The notes below the pieces were generated by a model, which worked only from the letters and a program-made list of their open reading frames with translations, made no database searches and was not told the origin of the DNA. A DNA stretch of 64,000 bases, taken from Vicinamibacteria bacterium. Its GTDB lineage: Bacteria; Acidobacteriota; Vicinamibacteria; Vicinamibacterales; JAENWD01. Of this stretch, positions 43,562 to 52,965 are shown one piece after another. Position 1 is the first letter of the stretch, and every line of letters begins with the position of its first letter. The translations under genes and the position numbers were made by a program. The stretch covers positions 252,453-316,452 of the forward strand of contig CAWHTD010000026.1 of assembly GCA_963832135.1 (NCBI GenBank), read 5' to 3'.

Positions 43562-44289
43562 GACGCCCCGCTCCCGGTGCTCCGGATCGATCGCGGTTCA
43601 CGGCCGATGAGTGGCGTCTGGTGTCTCGCCTGCGAACGCCGTCAGCCGTCCAGCGTCACCTGAACGCCCTGCCCTACAACACGGAGCCGGACGGCGCCAC
43701 CCTGCGCAGCTTTCGGGAGGTCGTTCGAACCGGAACCGCGCACTGCTTCGAGGCAGCGATGTTCGCGGCCGTCGTGCTCGAGCAGCACGGATATGCGCCG
43801 CTCGTCCTCAGCTTCGAATCCATCGATCATCTCGATCACGTCCTGTTCGTTCATCGGCACGCCGGTCGCTGGGGATCCGTGGCGCGGTCCCGCGATCCGG
43901 GCCTCCATGGCCGCCGGGCCGTTTTTGCGACGCCGCGCGCGCTCGCCCTGAGTTACGTCGACGCGTACGTGGACTACACCGGGGGCGTGAAGGGGTATGC
44001 GGTCGCCAACCTTCGGGACGTTGGACGGTACGACTGGCGCTTCTCGCCGCGGAACGTGTGGAGGGCCGAGCGCTTCCTGCTGGACTATCCGCATCGAGCG
44101 ATCGCGCCGTCGCCCGCACGCACCAGACAGCTCAGGACGCGCTACGCGGCGTTCCGGGCTGCCCACGACGACCGGAAGCCGGTGGACTATGCACGGCGGG
44201 ATCGCTGGACCCCCATCCCGGAGGAGTTCCAGCCGGCGGCGCGGTTTCCATTCGCCGGGCCGCGGTGGCGGCGCACGAGACACGCCTAG
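43558..44289 (+). CDS. Hypothetical protein (possible papain/transglutaminase-like Cys-His fold)
   Basis: The ATG overlaps the SCO stop (ATGA). ..GTAHCFEAAMFAAVVLE..HLDHVLFV.. suggests a Cys/His/Asp arrangement. No family firmly recognised. Confidence 0.5.
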   Translation: MRRPAPGAPDRSRFTADEWRLVSRLRTPSAVQRHLNALPYNTEPDGATLRSFREVVRTGTAHCFEAAMFAAVVLEQHGYAPLVLSFESIDHLDHVLFVHRHAGRWGSVARSRDPGLHGRRAVFATPRALALSYVDAYVDYTGGVKGYAVANLRDVGRYDWRFSPRNVWRAERFLLDYPHRAIAPSPARTRQLRTRYAAFRAAHDDRKPVDYARRDRWTPIPEEFQPAARFPFAGPRWRRTRHA

Positions 44290-44331
44290 GGCGCACTGCG
44301 TGTGGCCGACATGAACCGGTTGGGTTGTGAA

Positions 44332-44352
44332 GGGGCGCACGCAGTGCGCCCC
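44332..44352. repeat. REP-like hairpin (A-type)
   Basis: GGGGCGCAC-GCA-GTGCGCCCC, a perfect 9-bp stem. A degenerate half copy at 44287-44303 overlaps the TAG stop of 43558-44289. Confidence 0.75.
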
Positions 44353-44355
44353 TCC

Positions 44356-44673
44356 CTAGTCCAGATCGAAATCTCTCGTCGGTCTTGTGATCGGTTCCTG
44401 GCGGGCCTGGCGAAGCGCCTCCTCGAAGCGCTTCGACAGCGCGTCGCCGCGCGTCCGCTCCGACTGCACCGACTGCTCGAAGATGCTTTCGCGTCTCGCG
44501 GCCTCGTCTGCGAGGATACGCTGGGCATCGCCCAGCTCCGGCTTGTCCGCGCGCTCCGGCACCACGTGCTGGACTATGCGCTCGAGGTTGCGATCGAAGA
44601 CGAGCGTCGCCCCGCAGCAGGGGCACGTCAGCTCGAGTTCCGACGTGAGGCGTGGCATGCCGGTATGATACAC
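44356..44673 (-). CDS. Small hypothetical protein with N-terminal CxxC
   Basis: 105-aa ORF (..LTCPCCGATLVFD..) with a charged helical C-terminus. Start uncertain; ATG 44658 is possible. Confidence 0.4.
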   Translation of the reverse strand: MYHTGMPRLTSELELTCPCCGATLVFDRNLERIVQHVVPERADKPELGDAQRILADEAARRESIFEQSVQSERTRGDALSKRFEEALRQARQEPITRPTRDFDLD

Positions 44674-44683
44674 CTCACTCCCG

Positions 44684-45409
44684 ATGAGCGACCGATCGCC
44701 CCTGGTGATTCGCGTAGCGACCTACAACATTCACCGCAGTCGCGGACTCGACGGGCGCACCCGTCCCCAGCGCATTGCCGACGTCCTCCAGACGATCGGC
44801 GCCGACGTGATCGCCCTGCAGGAGGTCGTCGGCGCAAGCCCGGGGCATCTGGGGCAGGCGCAGGAGCTCGGCGCGGCGCTCGGTATGGGCTGGGTGATGG
44901 CGCCGGCGCGCAAGCTTCGTACGCACGACTTCGGCAACGTGGTCCTCAGTCGATTCCCGATTGCGCACCACGTGCGGTACGACCTGTCCTGGAAGACGTG
45001 CGAGGCGCGCTGCTGTCATCGCGTCGATCTGGATCTCGGCGGACACTTGCTCCACTTGTACAACGTGCACTTCGGCACGGCGATCCTCGAGCGCCGCGTG
45101 CAGGCCGAGCGCCTCGCGGGCATCGTGAGCGACAGGCGCGTTACCGGGCCAAAGGTGGTGCTCGGCGACTTCAATGAGTGGACCAGGGGGCCTGCCTCTG
45201 CGCTGCTGAGCGAGCGGCTCCGCGGCGTGAATCTGGCCGAGCACCTGCAGCGGCGGCGCACGTATCCCGGCGTGCTGCCACTGGTCCACCTCGATCACAT
45301 CTACTACGAAGGGCACGTGGAGGTACAAGGTGTGGAGCTGGTCCGCACACGCCGCGCCCTGATTGCGTCGGATCACCTCCCGCTCGTCGCCGAGTTGCGC
45401 ATCGGATGA
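44684..45409 (+). CDS. Endonuclease/exonuclease/phosphatase (EEP) family protein
   Basis: ..IRVATYNIH......D........I....ADVIALQEV.. and C-terminal ..SDHLPLVAEL. Confidence 0.85.
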   Translation: MSDRSPLVIRVATYNIHRSRGLDGRTRPQRIADVLQTIGADVIALQEVVGASPGHLGQAQELGAALGMGWVMAPARKLRTHDFGNVVLSRFPIAHHVRYDLSWKTCEARCCHRVDLDLGGHLLHLYNVHFGTAILERRVQAERLAGIVSDRRVTGPKVVLGDFNEWTRGPASALLSERLRGVNLAEHLQRRRTYPGVLPLVHLDHIYYEGHVEVQGVELVRTRRALIASDHLPLVAELRIG

Positions 45410-46218
45410 GCCGCCGGATGGACCTGACGGGGGCGCGGGTCTGGATCACGGGAGCGAGCTCCGGCATCGGCGAAGCGATCGTCGGGCCCCTCGTCGCCCG
45501 CGGCGCGCGCATCGCGATCAGCGCCCGTCGTGGCGGGCACCTCGCGGCGATCGCCGGCGAATGGCAGGCGCGCGGGAAGGACGTCCGCGCCTTTCCGCTC
45601 GATGTCACTGATCCGGCGGCTGTCAATCGCACGGTACAGGACATCGAGGCGGCGTTCGGCGGGATCGATCTCGCGATCTTCAATGCCGGCGGCCACCCGC
45701 CCGGCAGGCCGCGCCGATTCGATCCGCAGCAGTATGCCGACATCATGACGCTCAACTTCCTTAGCGTTGTCTACGGCATCGACGCCGTGCTGCCGGGCAT
45801 GCTCGCTAGAGGGCGAGGCCAGATTGCCGGTGTCGCCAGCGTGGCGGGTTACCGCGGGATTCCGGCCGCAGGCGCGTATGGCGCGTCGAAGGCCGCGCTC
45901 ATTCACATGCTGGAGTCCATCCGCTTCGACCTGGAGCCGAAGGGCATCGCGGTCACGGTGGTGACGCCAGGCTTCGTGAAGACGCCCCTGACCGATCGCA
46001 ACCGCTTCCCCATGCCGTTTCTGATGCCGGTCGACCGCGCAGCCGAGGCACTCGTGGCCGGCCTCGAGCAGGGACGCCGCGAGATCCACTTTCCCAAGGT
46101 CTTCACGTGGACGTTGAAACTGCTGCGAATCCTCCCCTTCCCGCTCTATCACTGGATCATGTGGCGCGCGAGCAAGGGGCGGCGGCTGGCCAAGGACGCG
46201 GTACTCCGCGACCCGTGA
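45406..46218 (+). CDS. SDR-family oxidoreductase
   Basis: The ATG overlaps the upstream stop (ATGA). Motifs: ITGASSGIG, NAG, YGASKAAL. Confidence 0.85.
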   Translation: MSRRMDLTGARVWITGASSGIGEAIVGPLVARGARIAISARRGGHLAAIAGEWQARGKDVRAFPLDVTDPAAVNRTVQDIEAAFGGIDLAIFNAGGHPPGRPRRFDPQQYADIMTLNFLSVVYGIDAVLPGMLARGRGQIAGVASVAGYRGIPAAGAYGASKAALIHMLESIRFDLEPKGIAVTVVTPGFVKTPLTDRNRFPMPFLMPVDRAAEALVAGLEQGRREIHFPKVFTWTLKLLRILPFPLYHWIMWRASKGRRLAKDAVLRDP

Positions 46219-46259
46219 TCCGGCGCCTGGCTCCCATGGTGCCGGCGCCGGGCTCCCGC

Positions 46260-46424
46260 GGTGCCAGGCACTGTAAAGCCGATCGACGGCTCCAAACGGT
46301 GCCAGGCACCGTTAAGAAACCGTTAAGAAGGGCGTAAGTGCCGTAAATAGTGCGGTTTTAACAACCTCTTAACGGTGCCTGGCACTGTAAAGAGAACATT
46401 CGCTCGTTTACAGTGCCTGGCACC
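46260..46424. repeat. Nested inverted repeats built on four GGTGCCWGGCAC palindromes
   Basis: Cores at 46260-46271, 46298-46309, 46374-46385 and 46413-46424. The outer arms (core + TGTAAAG / GTTTACA + core) and inner arms (core + CGTTAAGA / TCTTAACG + core) are near-perfect complements. Confidence 0.85.
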
Positions 46425-46618
46425 AGACAGCGCGCTGGGAACCTGGGACGGGGCTGTCGCGTCTTTCTCACGTTCGTGCCTCATGATCCTGGCGTGCGCG
46501 GATGTTCCCAAATGGTCGGCCCCGCCGGGGCCGGGCGCCGGTCGACGAAGCCGGCGAACACAGGGCGGCTCTGAGCCGCAGCGGTGCTACACTAAGCGTT
46601 TCTCCGGAGACCCCCAAC

Positions 46619-47908
46619 GTGAGTGATCTGAAGGCCGATCTCGCCTCGCTTCGTCTCGAGGACGAGCCGAAAAAGTCGCGCAAAGGACTGTGGATTCTCC
46701 TCGCCGTCGTCATCCTCGCGACCGGGGCCGGCGTGTTCGCCTGGCGCAACGCGGCGTCGTTCTCGCGAGTCGAGGTCCAGACCGTCTCCCCCATCGTCGA
46801 GCGGATCGGCGGCGTGGCCGCGGGCACGCCGATGCTCACCGCCTCGGGCTATCTCGTTGCGCGGCGCGAGGCGATCGTCTCGTCCAAGATTCAGGGGCGC
46901 CTCGCCCAGCTCAATGTCGAGGAAGGGAGCGAGGTCAAGCAGGGAGACGTGCTCGCCCGGCTCGAGAGCGACGACTACGTCGCGCAGGTGACACGCGCGC
47001 GGGCGCAGTTGAAGCAGTCGATGGCCTCCGTCGGGTCCGCCGATGCGGCGATTCAGCGCGCGAATGCGGACCTGGCCGAGGCGCAGCGGCAGCTTGGCGT
47101 CAACGAACGCCTGAGCGCCGACAAACTCGTGCCCGTCGATACCGTGGACGCCGCCAAGAGCCGCGTGCGCCTCGCGGAAGCGGCGCTCGCGCAATCGAAA
47201 GCCGACCGGACGCGCGCCACCGCGACGTGGTCGCAGTCCAACGCGGAGCTCACCTACGCCGGTGCCATGCTGCAGAACACGGTCATCAGCGCGCCGTTTT
47301 CGGGGACCGTCGTGCGCAAGATGGCCGAGGTCGGTGAAAGCGTAGCGCCGATTCCACCTGGCGTGAACATCTCAACGGCGTCCGGCGCGATCGTCGCCCT
47401 CGCCGACCTGGCGACGCTCGAGATGGAAGCCGACGTGGCCGAAGCCAATGTGGCGAAACTGACCGAGGGCCAGCCGGCCGAAGTGTCGGTTGAAGCGTTT
47501 CCCGATCGACGCTACAAGGCGATCCTGCGGCAGGTCATCCCCACGGCCGATCGCACGAAGGCCACCGTCCTGACGAAAGTGACGCTCGTCGAAAAGGACA
47601 AGGACCTCAAACCCGAGATGAGCGCGAAGGTCACGTTCATCGAGCCACCGAAGGACGAATCGGCGGCGGCGTCAACCGAGCCGGTCAAGCCGACGATCCT
47701 CGTGCCGCAGGCCGCCATCGTGAACCGCGACGGCGGACCGAAGGTCTTCGAGATCGTGGAGGGCCGCGCGGTGCTGCGTTCGATCACGGTCGGACCGACG
47801 CGCAACGATGCCGTGGTCGTCACCGGAGGGCTCGCCGGCTCGGAACTCCTCGTGTCGCGCCCGGCAGAGACCTTGAAAGATGGCGCCTCGGTGTCTGTCA
47901 AGCGATGA
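46619..47908 (+). CDS. Efflux-pump periplasmic adaptor (HlyD/MFP family)
   Basis: GTG 46619 is preferred as the start. Single TM, then biotinyl-lipoyl-like hairpin and coiled-coil (..GDVLARLESDDY..), then beta-barrel region. Confidence 0.85.
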   Translation: MSDLKADLASLRLEDEPKKSRKGLWILLAVVILATGAGVFAWRNAASFSRVEVQTVSPIVERIGGVAAGTPMLTASGYLVARREAIVSSKIQGRLAQLNVEEGSEVKQGDVLARLESDDYVAQVTRARAQLKQSMASVGSADAAIQRANADLAEAQRQLGVNERLSADKLVPVDTVDAAKSRVRLAEAALAQSKADRTRATATWSQSNAELTYAGAMLQNTVISAPFSGTVVRKMAEVGESVAPIPPGVNISTASGAIVALADLATLEMEADVAEANVAKLTEGQPAEVSVEAFPDRRYKAILRQVIPTADRTKATVLTKVTLVEKDKDLKPEMSAKVTFIEPPKDESAAASTEPVKPTILVPQAAIVNRDGGPKVFEIVEGRAVLRSITVGPTRNDAVVVTGGLAGSELLVSRPAETLKDGASVSVKR

Positions 47909-47917
47909 TCGACGGAA

Positions 47918-47963
47918 TGTTCTCGGTGTCTTTCTCGGTTTCTCGGTTCTTGGTTTCTTCTTG
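47918..47963. repeat. GAGAA-word repeat (copy 3, TTCTC orientation) inside the efflux operon spacer
   Basis: GTTCTCGGTGTCTTTCTCGGTTTCTCGGTTCTTGGTTTCTTCTTG, immediately before GAAGGAG and ATG 47975. Confidence 0.8.
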
Positions 47964-47974
47964 AAGGAGCAGGC

Positions 47975-48688
47975 ATGGCCGCCGTTGTAGTGCAGAACGT
48001 ACGGAAGGTGTACAAGCGCGACAGCCAGGACATCGTCGTCCTCGACGGGCTGAGCCTCGAGGTGCCGGAAGGGGAATTCGTGGCCCTGATGGGCCCGTCG
48101 GGCTCGGGCAAGACGACGCTGCTCAACCTGATTGCCGGGATCGATCGTCCCACGTCGGGAAAAGTGGTGGTCGCGGGCACCGACGTGGGACAGCTGTCGG
48201 AAGGGGCGCTTGCAAAGTGGCGCAGCCGAAGCGTCGGCTTCATCTTCCAGTTCTACAACCTCATTCCCGTGCTGACGGCGGTCGAGAACGTGGAGCTGCC
48301 GCTCCTGCTCACCAAGCTGTCGAAGTCGCAGCGGCGTGACCGCGCGTTGACGGCCCTGAAGGTCGTCGGGCTCGCCGATCGATCCAAGCACTATCCTCGT
48401 CAGCTGTCGGGCGGACAGGAGCAGCGCGTCGCCATCGCGCGCGCCATTGTCGGCGACCCGGCGGTGCTGGTGGCCGACGAGCCGACCGGAGACCTCGACG
48501 CCAAGAGCGCCGAGGACATCCTGAACCTGATGCAGACGCTCAATCGCGACTTCAAGAAGACGATCGTCATGGTCACGCACGATCCTCGTGCCGCCTCGCG
48601 CGCCCACGTGGAACGCCATCTCGAAAAGGGCGTCCTCATGGCCACCGTCGAACGACACGAAGGAGAGCCCGTCGGGAGCCGGTCATGA
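47975..48688 (+). CDS. ABC transporter ATP-binding protein (MacB/LolD-type)
   Basis: Walker [10 protein letters not shown], signature LSGGQEQR, Walker [10 protein letters not shown]. Confidence 0.95.
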   Translation: MAAVVVQNVRKVYKRDSQDIVVLDGLSLEVPEGEFVALMGPSGSGKTTLLNLIAGIDRPTSGKVVVAGTDVGQLSEGALAKWRSRSVGFIFQFYNLIPVLTAVENVELPLLLTKLSKSQRRDRALTALKVVGLADRSKHYPRQLSGGQEQRVAIARAIVGDPAVLVADEPTGDLDAKSAEDILNLMQTLNRDFKKTIVMVTHDPRAASRAHVERHLEKGVLMATVERHEGEPVGSRS

Positions 48689-49863
48689 AGTTTCTGCCCT
48701 ACATCCTGAAGCACCTGCGAAAAAACTGGATTCGCACGCTCAGCACCATCGTCGCGATGGCGCTCTGCATCTTCCTGATTTCCGTCCTGCAAACGGCGCT
48801 GAAGGCGTTTTACGGCGGGCTCGAGAACGCCAGCACCGAGCGCCTGATCACGCGGCACCGCATCAGCCTCGCCGAGAACCTGCCCATCGCCCATGAAGCG
48901 CGCATCGCCGCCGTGCCCGGCGTCAAGCGGGTGGCGCGGGTCAACTGGTTCGGCGGCTTGATGGGATCCACCGGCGGTCAGCCCGACTGGAAGAACTTCT
49001 TCCCTAACTTCGCCGTCGAAGACGAGCCCTACCTCGAGATGTTCCCGGAGTATCAGATCAAGCCGGAGGAGAAGCAGGCCTACATGCAGGACATGCGCGG
49101 CGCCATCATCGGCCGCGACCTGGCAGCCAAGTACAACTGGAAGATCGGCAGCACGTTCCAGCTCGAAAGCTTCATTCCGCCGTATCGCGCAGACAAGCCG
49201 TTCGAGTTCGTGGTTCGCGCCATCTACGACACCGACAAGGTGAAGTACCCGAATCACGGGACCGATATGATGCTGTTCCACTGGAAGTATCTGTACGAAA
49301 AGACCGGACAGCGCGTCGGTGTCGGCACGTTCAATCTACAACTCTCGAATCCGAGCCAGGCGGCGGCGATCGCCAAGGCCGTGGACGGTACGTTTGAAAA
49401 CAGCGACCAGCAGACCAAGACCGAGACCGAGGCGCAGTTCATTGCCAGCTTCCTCGAGATGGCGGGCGACCTTGCCTTGATTCTGAACGCGATTGGCATG
49501 GCCGTCGCCTTTACGGTGCTCCTCGTGACCGCCAACACGATGAGCATGGCGATTCGTGAGCGGCGCACCGAGATCGCCGTCCTCAAGACGCTTGGCTATC
49601 CGAGCGCACTGGTACTCGGGCTCGTGCTGGGCGAATCGCTCGTGATCGGCCTGATCGGCGGAGCGCTGGGCACGCTGATGGCGCGCGGGCTGATTGGCAA
49701 CATGGGCCAGATTCCGGGTATGCAGTTGCCGCCCATGTCGCTCGACCCCGCGCTCATGACCGGCATGTTCGTCTTTGGTGCCCTAATCGGGCTGCTATCG
49801 GGACTCGCGCCGGCCGTCGGCGCGTATCGGGCAAACATCACGTCGATGCTGAGGCAGGTCTGA
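48685..49863 (+). CDS. ABC transporter permease (FtsX/MacB-type, 4 TM)
   Basis: N-terminal TM, large periplasmic domain, C-terminal FtsX 3-TM bundle. The start overlaps the ATPase stop. Confidence 0.85.
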   Translation: MKFLPYILKHLRKNWIRTLSTIVAMALCIFLISVLQTALKAFYGGLENASTERLITRHRISLAENLPIAHEARIAAVPGVKRVARVNWFGGLMGSTGGQPDWKNFFPNFAVEDEPYLEMFPEYQIKPEEKQAYMQDMRGAIIGRDLAAKYNWKIGSTFQLESFIPPYRADKPFEFVVRAIYDTDKVKYPNHGTDMMLFHWKYLYEKTGQRVGVGTFNLQLSNPSQAAAIAKAVDGTFENSDQQTKTETEAQFIASFLEMAGDLALILNAIGMAVAFTVLLVTANTMSMAIRERRTEIAVLKTLGYPSALVLGLVLGESLVIGLIGGALGTLMARGLIGNMGQIPGMQLPPMSLDPALMTGMFVFGALIGLLSGLAPAVGAYRANITSMLRQV

Positions 49864-51029
49864 TGGCGCTTCCCATTTCCTACAACGTCCGCAATGTCAT
49901 CGTCCGCTGGAAGGTGACGCTGCTCGCGCTTGCGGGCATCTCGATGGTCGTCGCGGTGCTGGTCGCCCTCACGGCGATGGCCAACGGCTTCCGCGAGTCG
50001 CTCAAAGGCACGGGCTCTCCTGAGAACGCCATCGTCACGCAGCGCGGGTCGGGAAGCGAGCTCAGCTCCGGGTTCTCGCGCGATAACGCGAGCATGATCA
50101 TGGTGGACTCGCGCGTGAAGCGCAATGCACAGGGCCGGCCCATGGCGTCGCCGGAGATGAACATCGTGGCGGCCTTGCCGAAGCGGAATGACGGCACCGA
50201 AGTGAACGTGACGGTCCGCGGCGTATCGCCGATGGCGTTTTCGGTCCGGCAGAACGTCCAGATCACACAAGGCCGCAACTTCACGCCCGGCCTGTACGAG
50301 CTGATCGCCGGCGAGAAGGCCGGTGAGCGGTACGAAGGACTTCAGGTTGGCGGCACCATCAAGCTGCAGCGACAGACGTGGAAGGTCGTGGGCATCTTCA
50401 CGAGTGATGGCAGCAGCTTCGAAAGCGAGGTCTGGGGCGACGTCGACGTGCTCGCTCCGGCCTTCAATCGTGCCAACGGCTATCAGTCGCTGACGATTCG
50501 CCTGGTCGATCCGTCGGTGATCGACAAGTTCAACGAGGAGCTGAAGGCCAACCCGAACATGCAGGTGCAGATGACGAGCGAGCTGAAGTATTACGAAGGC
50601 CAGGCGGGCCAGACGGCTCAGACGCTCACGGTGCTGGCATTGTTCGTCGGCATCATCATGGGCATCGGCGCGGTCTTCGGCGCGATGAACACGATGTACG
50701 GCATCGTCGCAGCGCGGACGCGAGAGATAGGCACGCTGCGCGCGCTGGGCTTCTCACGCCTCGCGATCCTGACGTCCTTCATGATCGAGTCGGCGTTCCT
50801 CGCCCTGGTGGGCGGGCTCATCGGAAGCCTCCTCGCGCTGCCCATCAACATGCTCTCGGGCGCGACCGGCGGCGCCAACTTCTCACAGGTCGCGTTTGCA
50901 TTCAGGGTCGATCCAAAGTGGCTCACGATTGCCGTCATCGGGGCCGTTGGGATGGGACTTGCGGGCGGGTTCCTGCCGGCGTGGCGCGCGGCGCGCACGC
51001 CAATTACGTCGGCGTTACGCGACGCCTGA
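49863..51029 (+). CDS. ABC transporter permease (FtsX/MacB-type, second copy)
   Basis: Same architecture as the first permease. The ATG overlaps the upstream TGA. Confidence 0.85.
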   Translation: MALPISYNVRNVIVRWKVTLLALAGISMVVAVLVALTAMANGFRESLKGTGSPENAIVTQRGSGSELSSGFSRDNASMIMVDSRVKRNAQGRPMASPEMNIVAALPKRNDGTEVNVTVRGVSPMAFSVRQNVQITQGRNFTPGLYELIAGEKAGERYEGLQVGGTIKLQRQTWKVVGIFTSDGSSFESEVWGDVDVLAPAFNRANGYQSLTIRLVDPSVIDKFNEELKANPNMQVQMTSELKYYEGQAGQTAQTLTVLALFVGIIMGIGAVFGAMNTMYGIVAARTREIGTLRALGFSRLAILTSFMIESAFLALVGGLIGSLLALPINMLSGATGGANFSQVAFAFRVDPKWLTIAVIGAVGMGLAGGFLPAWRAARTPITSALRDA

Positions 51030-51030
51030 C

Positions 51031-51052
51031 GTTCTCGGTTTCTCGGTTTCTG
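51031..51052. repeat. GAGAA-word repeat (copy 4, TTCTC orientation)
   Basis: GTTCTCGGTTTCTCGGTTTCTG, directly after the permease stop and followed by an A-type REP hairpin. Confidence 0.75.
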
Positions 51053-51053
51053 C

Positions 51054-51076
51054 GTGGGGACGCACGCAGTGCGCCC
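51054..51076 (+). repeat. REP-like hairpin (A-type, one mismatch)
   Basis: GTGG head + GGACGCAC-GCA-GTGCGCCC. Confidence 0.65.
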
Positions 51077-51090
51077 GCACGAGAGCGCCC

Positions 51091-51951
51091 CTACACCGCG
51101 GGTTCCGCCTCGGTGGCGTCCGACTCTGTAAGGCTCTCTGACCCTGCGCTCGCTTCCCGATAGATCCGGTCCGGCACACGCTGCACGTCCCACGCCAGGC
51201 CCACCGATGCCATCGCGCAGATGACGTAGTAGGTCGGATCGAATTCCCACCAGTAAAACCCGTTCCGTGCGGCACGCTGATAGCGGTGATGATTGTTGTG
51301 CCACCCCTCGCCAGCGGCGAAAAACGCGGTCAGGGCATTGTTCGTCGAGTCGTCGCGCGTGTGGAAACGGCGCGATCCGAACAAGTGGTTCACCGTGTTG
51401 ATGGCAAACGTGGCGTGCGCCAGCGTCGCGGTGGGCAAGCAGAATCCCCAGATGAGCCATGGCCAGCCGCCAATCGCATACATCGCAACGGCGAGAGCCA
51501 GCGGCGGCACGAAGTAGAAACGATCCAGCCAGACGATTTCCCGCGACGATTCAAAGGCGCGGATGACCGGATTCGACGAATCGAGGGTTTTGTAGCGGCT
51601 GTCGTTCAGGAACCACCCGATGTGTGCGTAATAGAAACCGCTCAGCCGCGGGCTGTGCGGATCACCGTCCCGATCGGCGTACTTGTGATGATAGACGTGG
51701 TGACCCGCCCACCAGAGGGGCCCCTTCTGCATCGCCGCCACGCCGAGCACGGTCCAGAAAAGCCGCGCCCCCCGGTTCAGTTGAAACGCGCGATGCGCGT
51801 AATAGCGGTGATAGGCGAGCGTCAGGCCAATCGCGCGTAGAAAGTGCGACGCCGCCCACAGGCCGACATAGCTCCACTCGAAAGAGGTCGTGAAGATCAG
51901 CAGCGCCGAGGCTTGGACGAGCCAGAAAATCGCGGCGGAAAGGCCAGCCAC
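51091..51951 (-). CDS. Acyl-CoA/acyl-lipid delta-9-type fatty acid desaturase
   Basis: Three His boxes: HRYYAHR, HHVYHHKYAD, WHNNHHRY. Confidence 0.9.
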   Translation of the reverse strand: MAGLSAAIFWLVQASALLIFTTSFEWSYVGLWAASHFLRAIGLTLAYHRYYAHRAFQLNRGARLFWTVLGVAAMQKGPLWWAGHHVYHHKYADRDGDPHSPRLSGFYYAHIGWFLNDSRYKTLDSSNPVIRAFESSREIVWLDRFYFVPPLALAVAMYAIGGWPWLIWGFCLPTATLAHATFAINTVNHLFGSRRFHTRDDSTNNALTAFFAAGEGWHNNHHRYQRAARNGFYWWEFDPTYYVICAMASVGLAWDVQRVPDRIYREASAGSESLTESDATEAEPAV

Positions 51952-51958
51952 CGAAGGC

Positions 51959-52183
51959 CTAGCCCTCTTCTTCGTATTCTTCTTCGCCGGGAGGTCCGAG
52001 CCGGGTGGAGGGGCGCAGCGCTTCCCGGAAGTCGTAGATGGGCAGATCGCGGACGTGCAGGTCGACCGCGCACGTCGCCGCTTTTTCGTCGACGATCACC
52101 GTCACGGGGCTTCCTTCGACGCCGCTGCGAAAGCCGAGGCGGCAGCCGCAGGCCAAGCGCGCGTGGGTGAACCCTTTGAGCAT
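51959..52183 (-). CDS. Small hypothetical protein upstream of the desaturase
   Basis: 74-aa ORF with high GC3, ending 8 nt before the desaturase start. Three Cys and an acidic tail. No family recognised. Confidence 0.35.
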   Translation of the reverse strand: MLKGFTHARLACGCRLGFRSGVEGSPVTVIVDEKAATCAVDLHVRDLPIYDFREALRPSTRLGPPGEEEYEEEG

Positions 52184-52394
52184 GAAGAACCTTTCGGGGA
52201 CATGGGCGACTGTTCAGCCGATCCCCACGCCGATCTTACTACAGTAGGCAACGTACGCGGCCCTAAAGGAACGCCGCCACATGGCCCTGCTCTTTCAGCT
52301 GTGCCGGCGGGGCTTCCGCCCACGCATGAAGCTTCGGCGAGACTCGCCGGAGCCTTGGCGATTGCGGTCAGCCCCGCGCACAATCAAGCAATCG

Positions 52395-52946
52395 TCAAAG
52401 AAGTCCCTTGATGTCCGCCTCGTATTTGGCCTTCCCGACCACGCCCGAGTTCTTGCGGCAGATGCGGCCATCGCGCGCGATCAAGTAGGTGGTCGGGATG
52501 CCCCACATCGGGCCGTAGGCGTCCTGCAGGTCGTCGCGCTCGAGTCCGACGAGTACGGGATAGTTCATCTTGAACTCCGAGGCGAACGGCTTCAGCTTGT
52601 CGGGAGGATCGTCCACCGAGACGCCCACGACCTGAAGTCCTTGGTCGCGATACGCCTCTTGCAACTCGACAAACCCCGGAATCTCCATCTTGCAGGGCCC
52701 GCACCACGTCGCCCAGAAATCGAGCAGGATGACCTTACCCTTGAACGCCGAGAGCTTCACCGACTGGCCATCCATGTCGTTCACGGTGAAATCCAGGTTG
52801 GCCTGCTTGGCGTTGGCCGGGCAGACGGCGCTGGCGCCGGACCCGGTGTCCACGGCGGCCGACGGCGATGGCAGCGTGGGAACTAACGCATAGACGAGGG
52901 CGGCGACCGCGAGTGCGGCGATGACCCATCGGACAGTCATAGACAT
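52395..52946 (-). CDS. TlpA-family thiol:disulfide oxidoreductase (secreted/membrane-anchored)
   Basis: FWATWCGPCK active site. ATG 52946 is preferred, as the ORF extension to 52997 overlaps the anti-sigma gene. Confidence 0.85.
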   Translation of the reverse strand: MSMTVRWVIAALAVAALVYALVPTLPSPSAAVDTGSGASAVCPANAKQANLDFTVNDMDGQSVKLSAFKGKVILLDFWATWCGPCKMEIPGFVELQEAYRDQGLQVVGVSVDDPPDKLKPFASEFKMNYPVLVGLERDDLQDAYGPMWGIPTTYLIARDGRICRKNSGVVGKAKYEADIKGLL

Positions 52947-52965
52947 AGCAATTCCAGCAGAGCGT

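Noticed and set aside
46236-46426. Sigma-54 promoter, suggested by repeated TGGCAC.
   Set aside because: None of the TGGCAC occurrences is followed by TTGC(A/T) at the required 5-nt spacing. TGGCAC here is simply part of the GTGCCWGGCAC palindrome.
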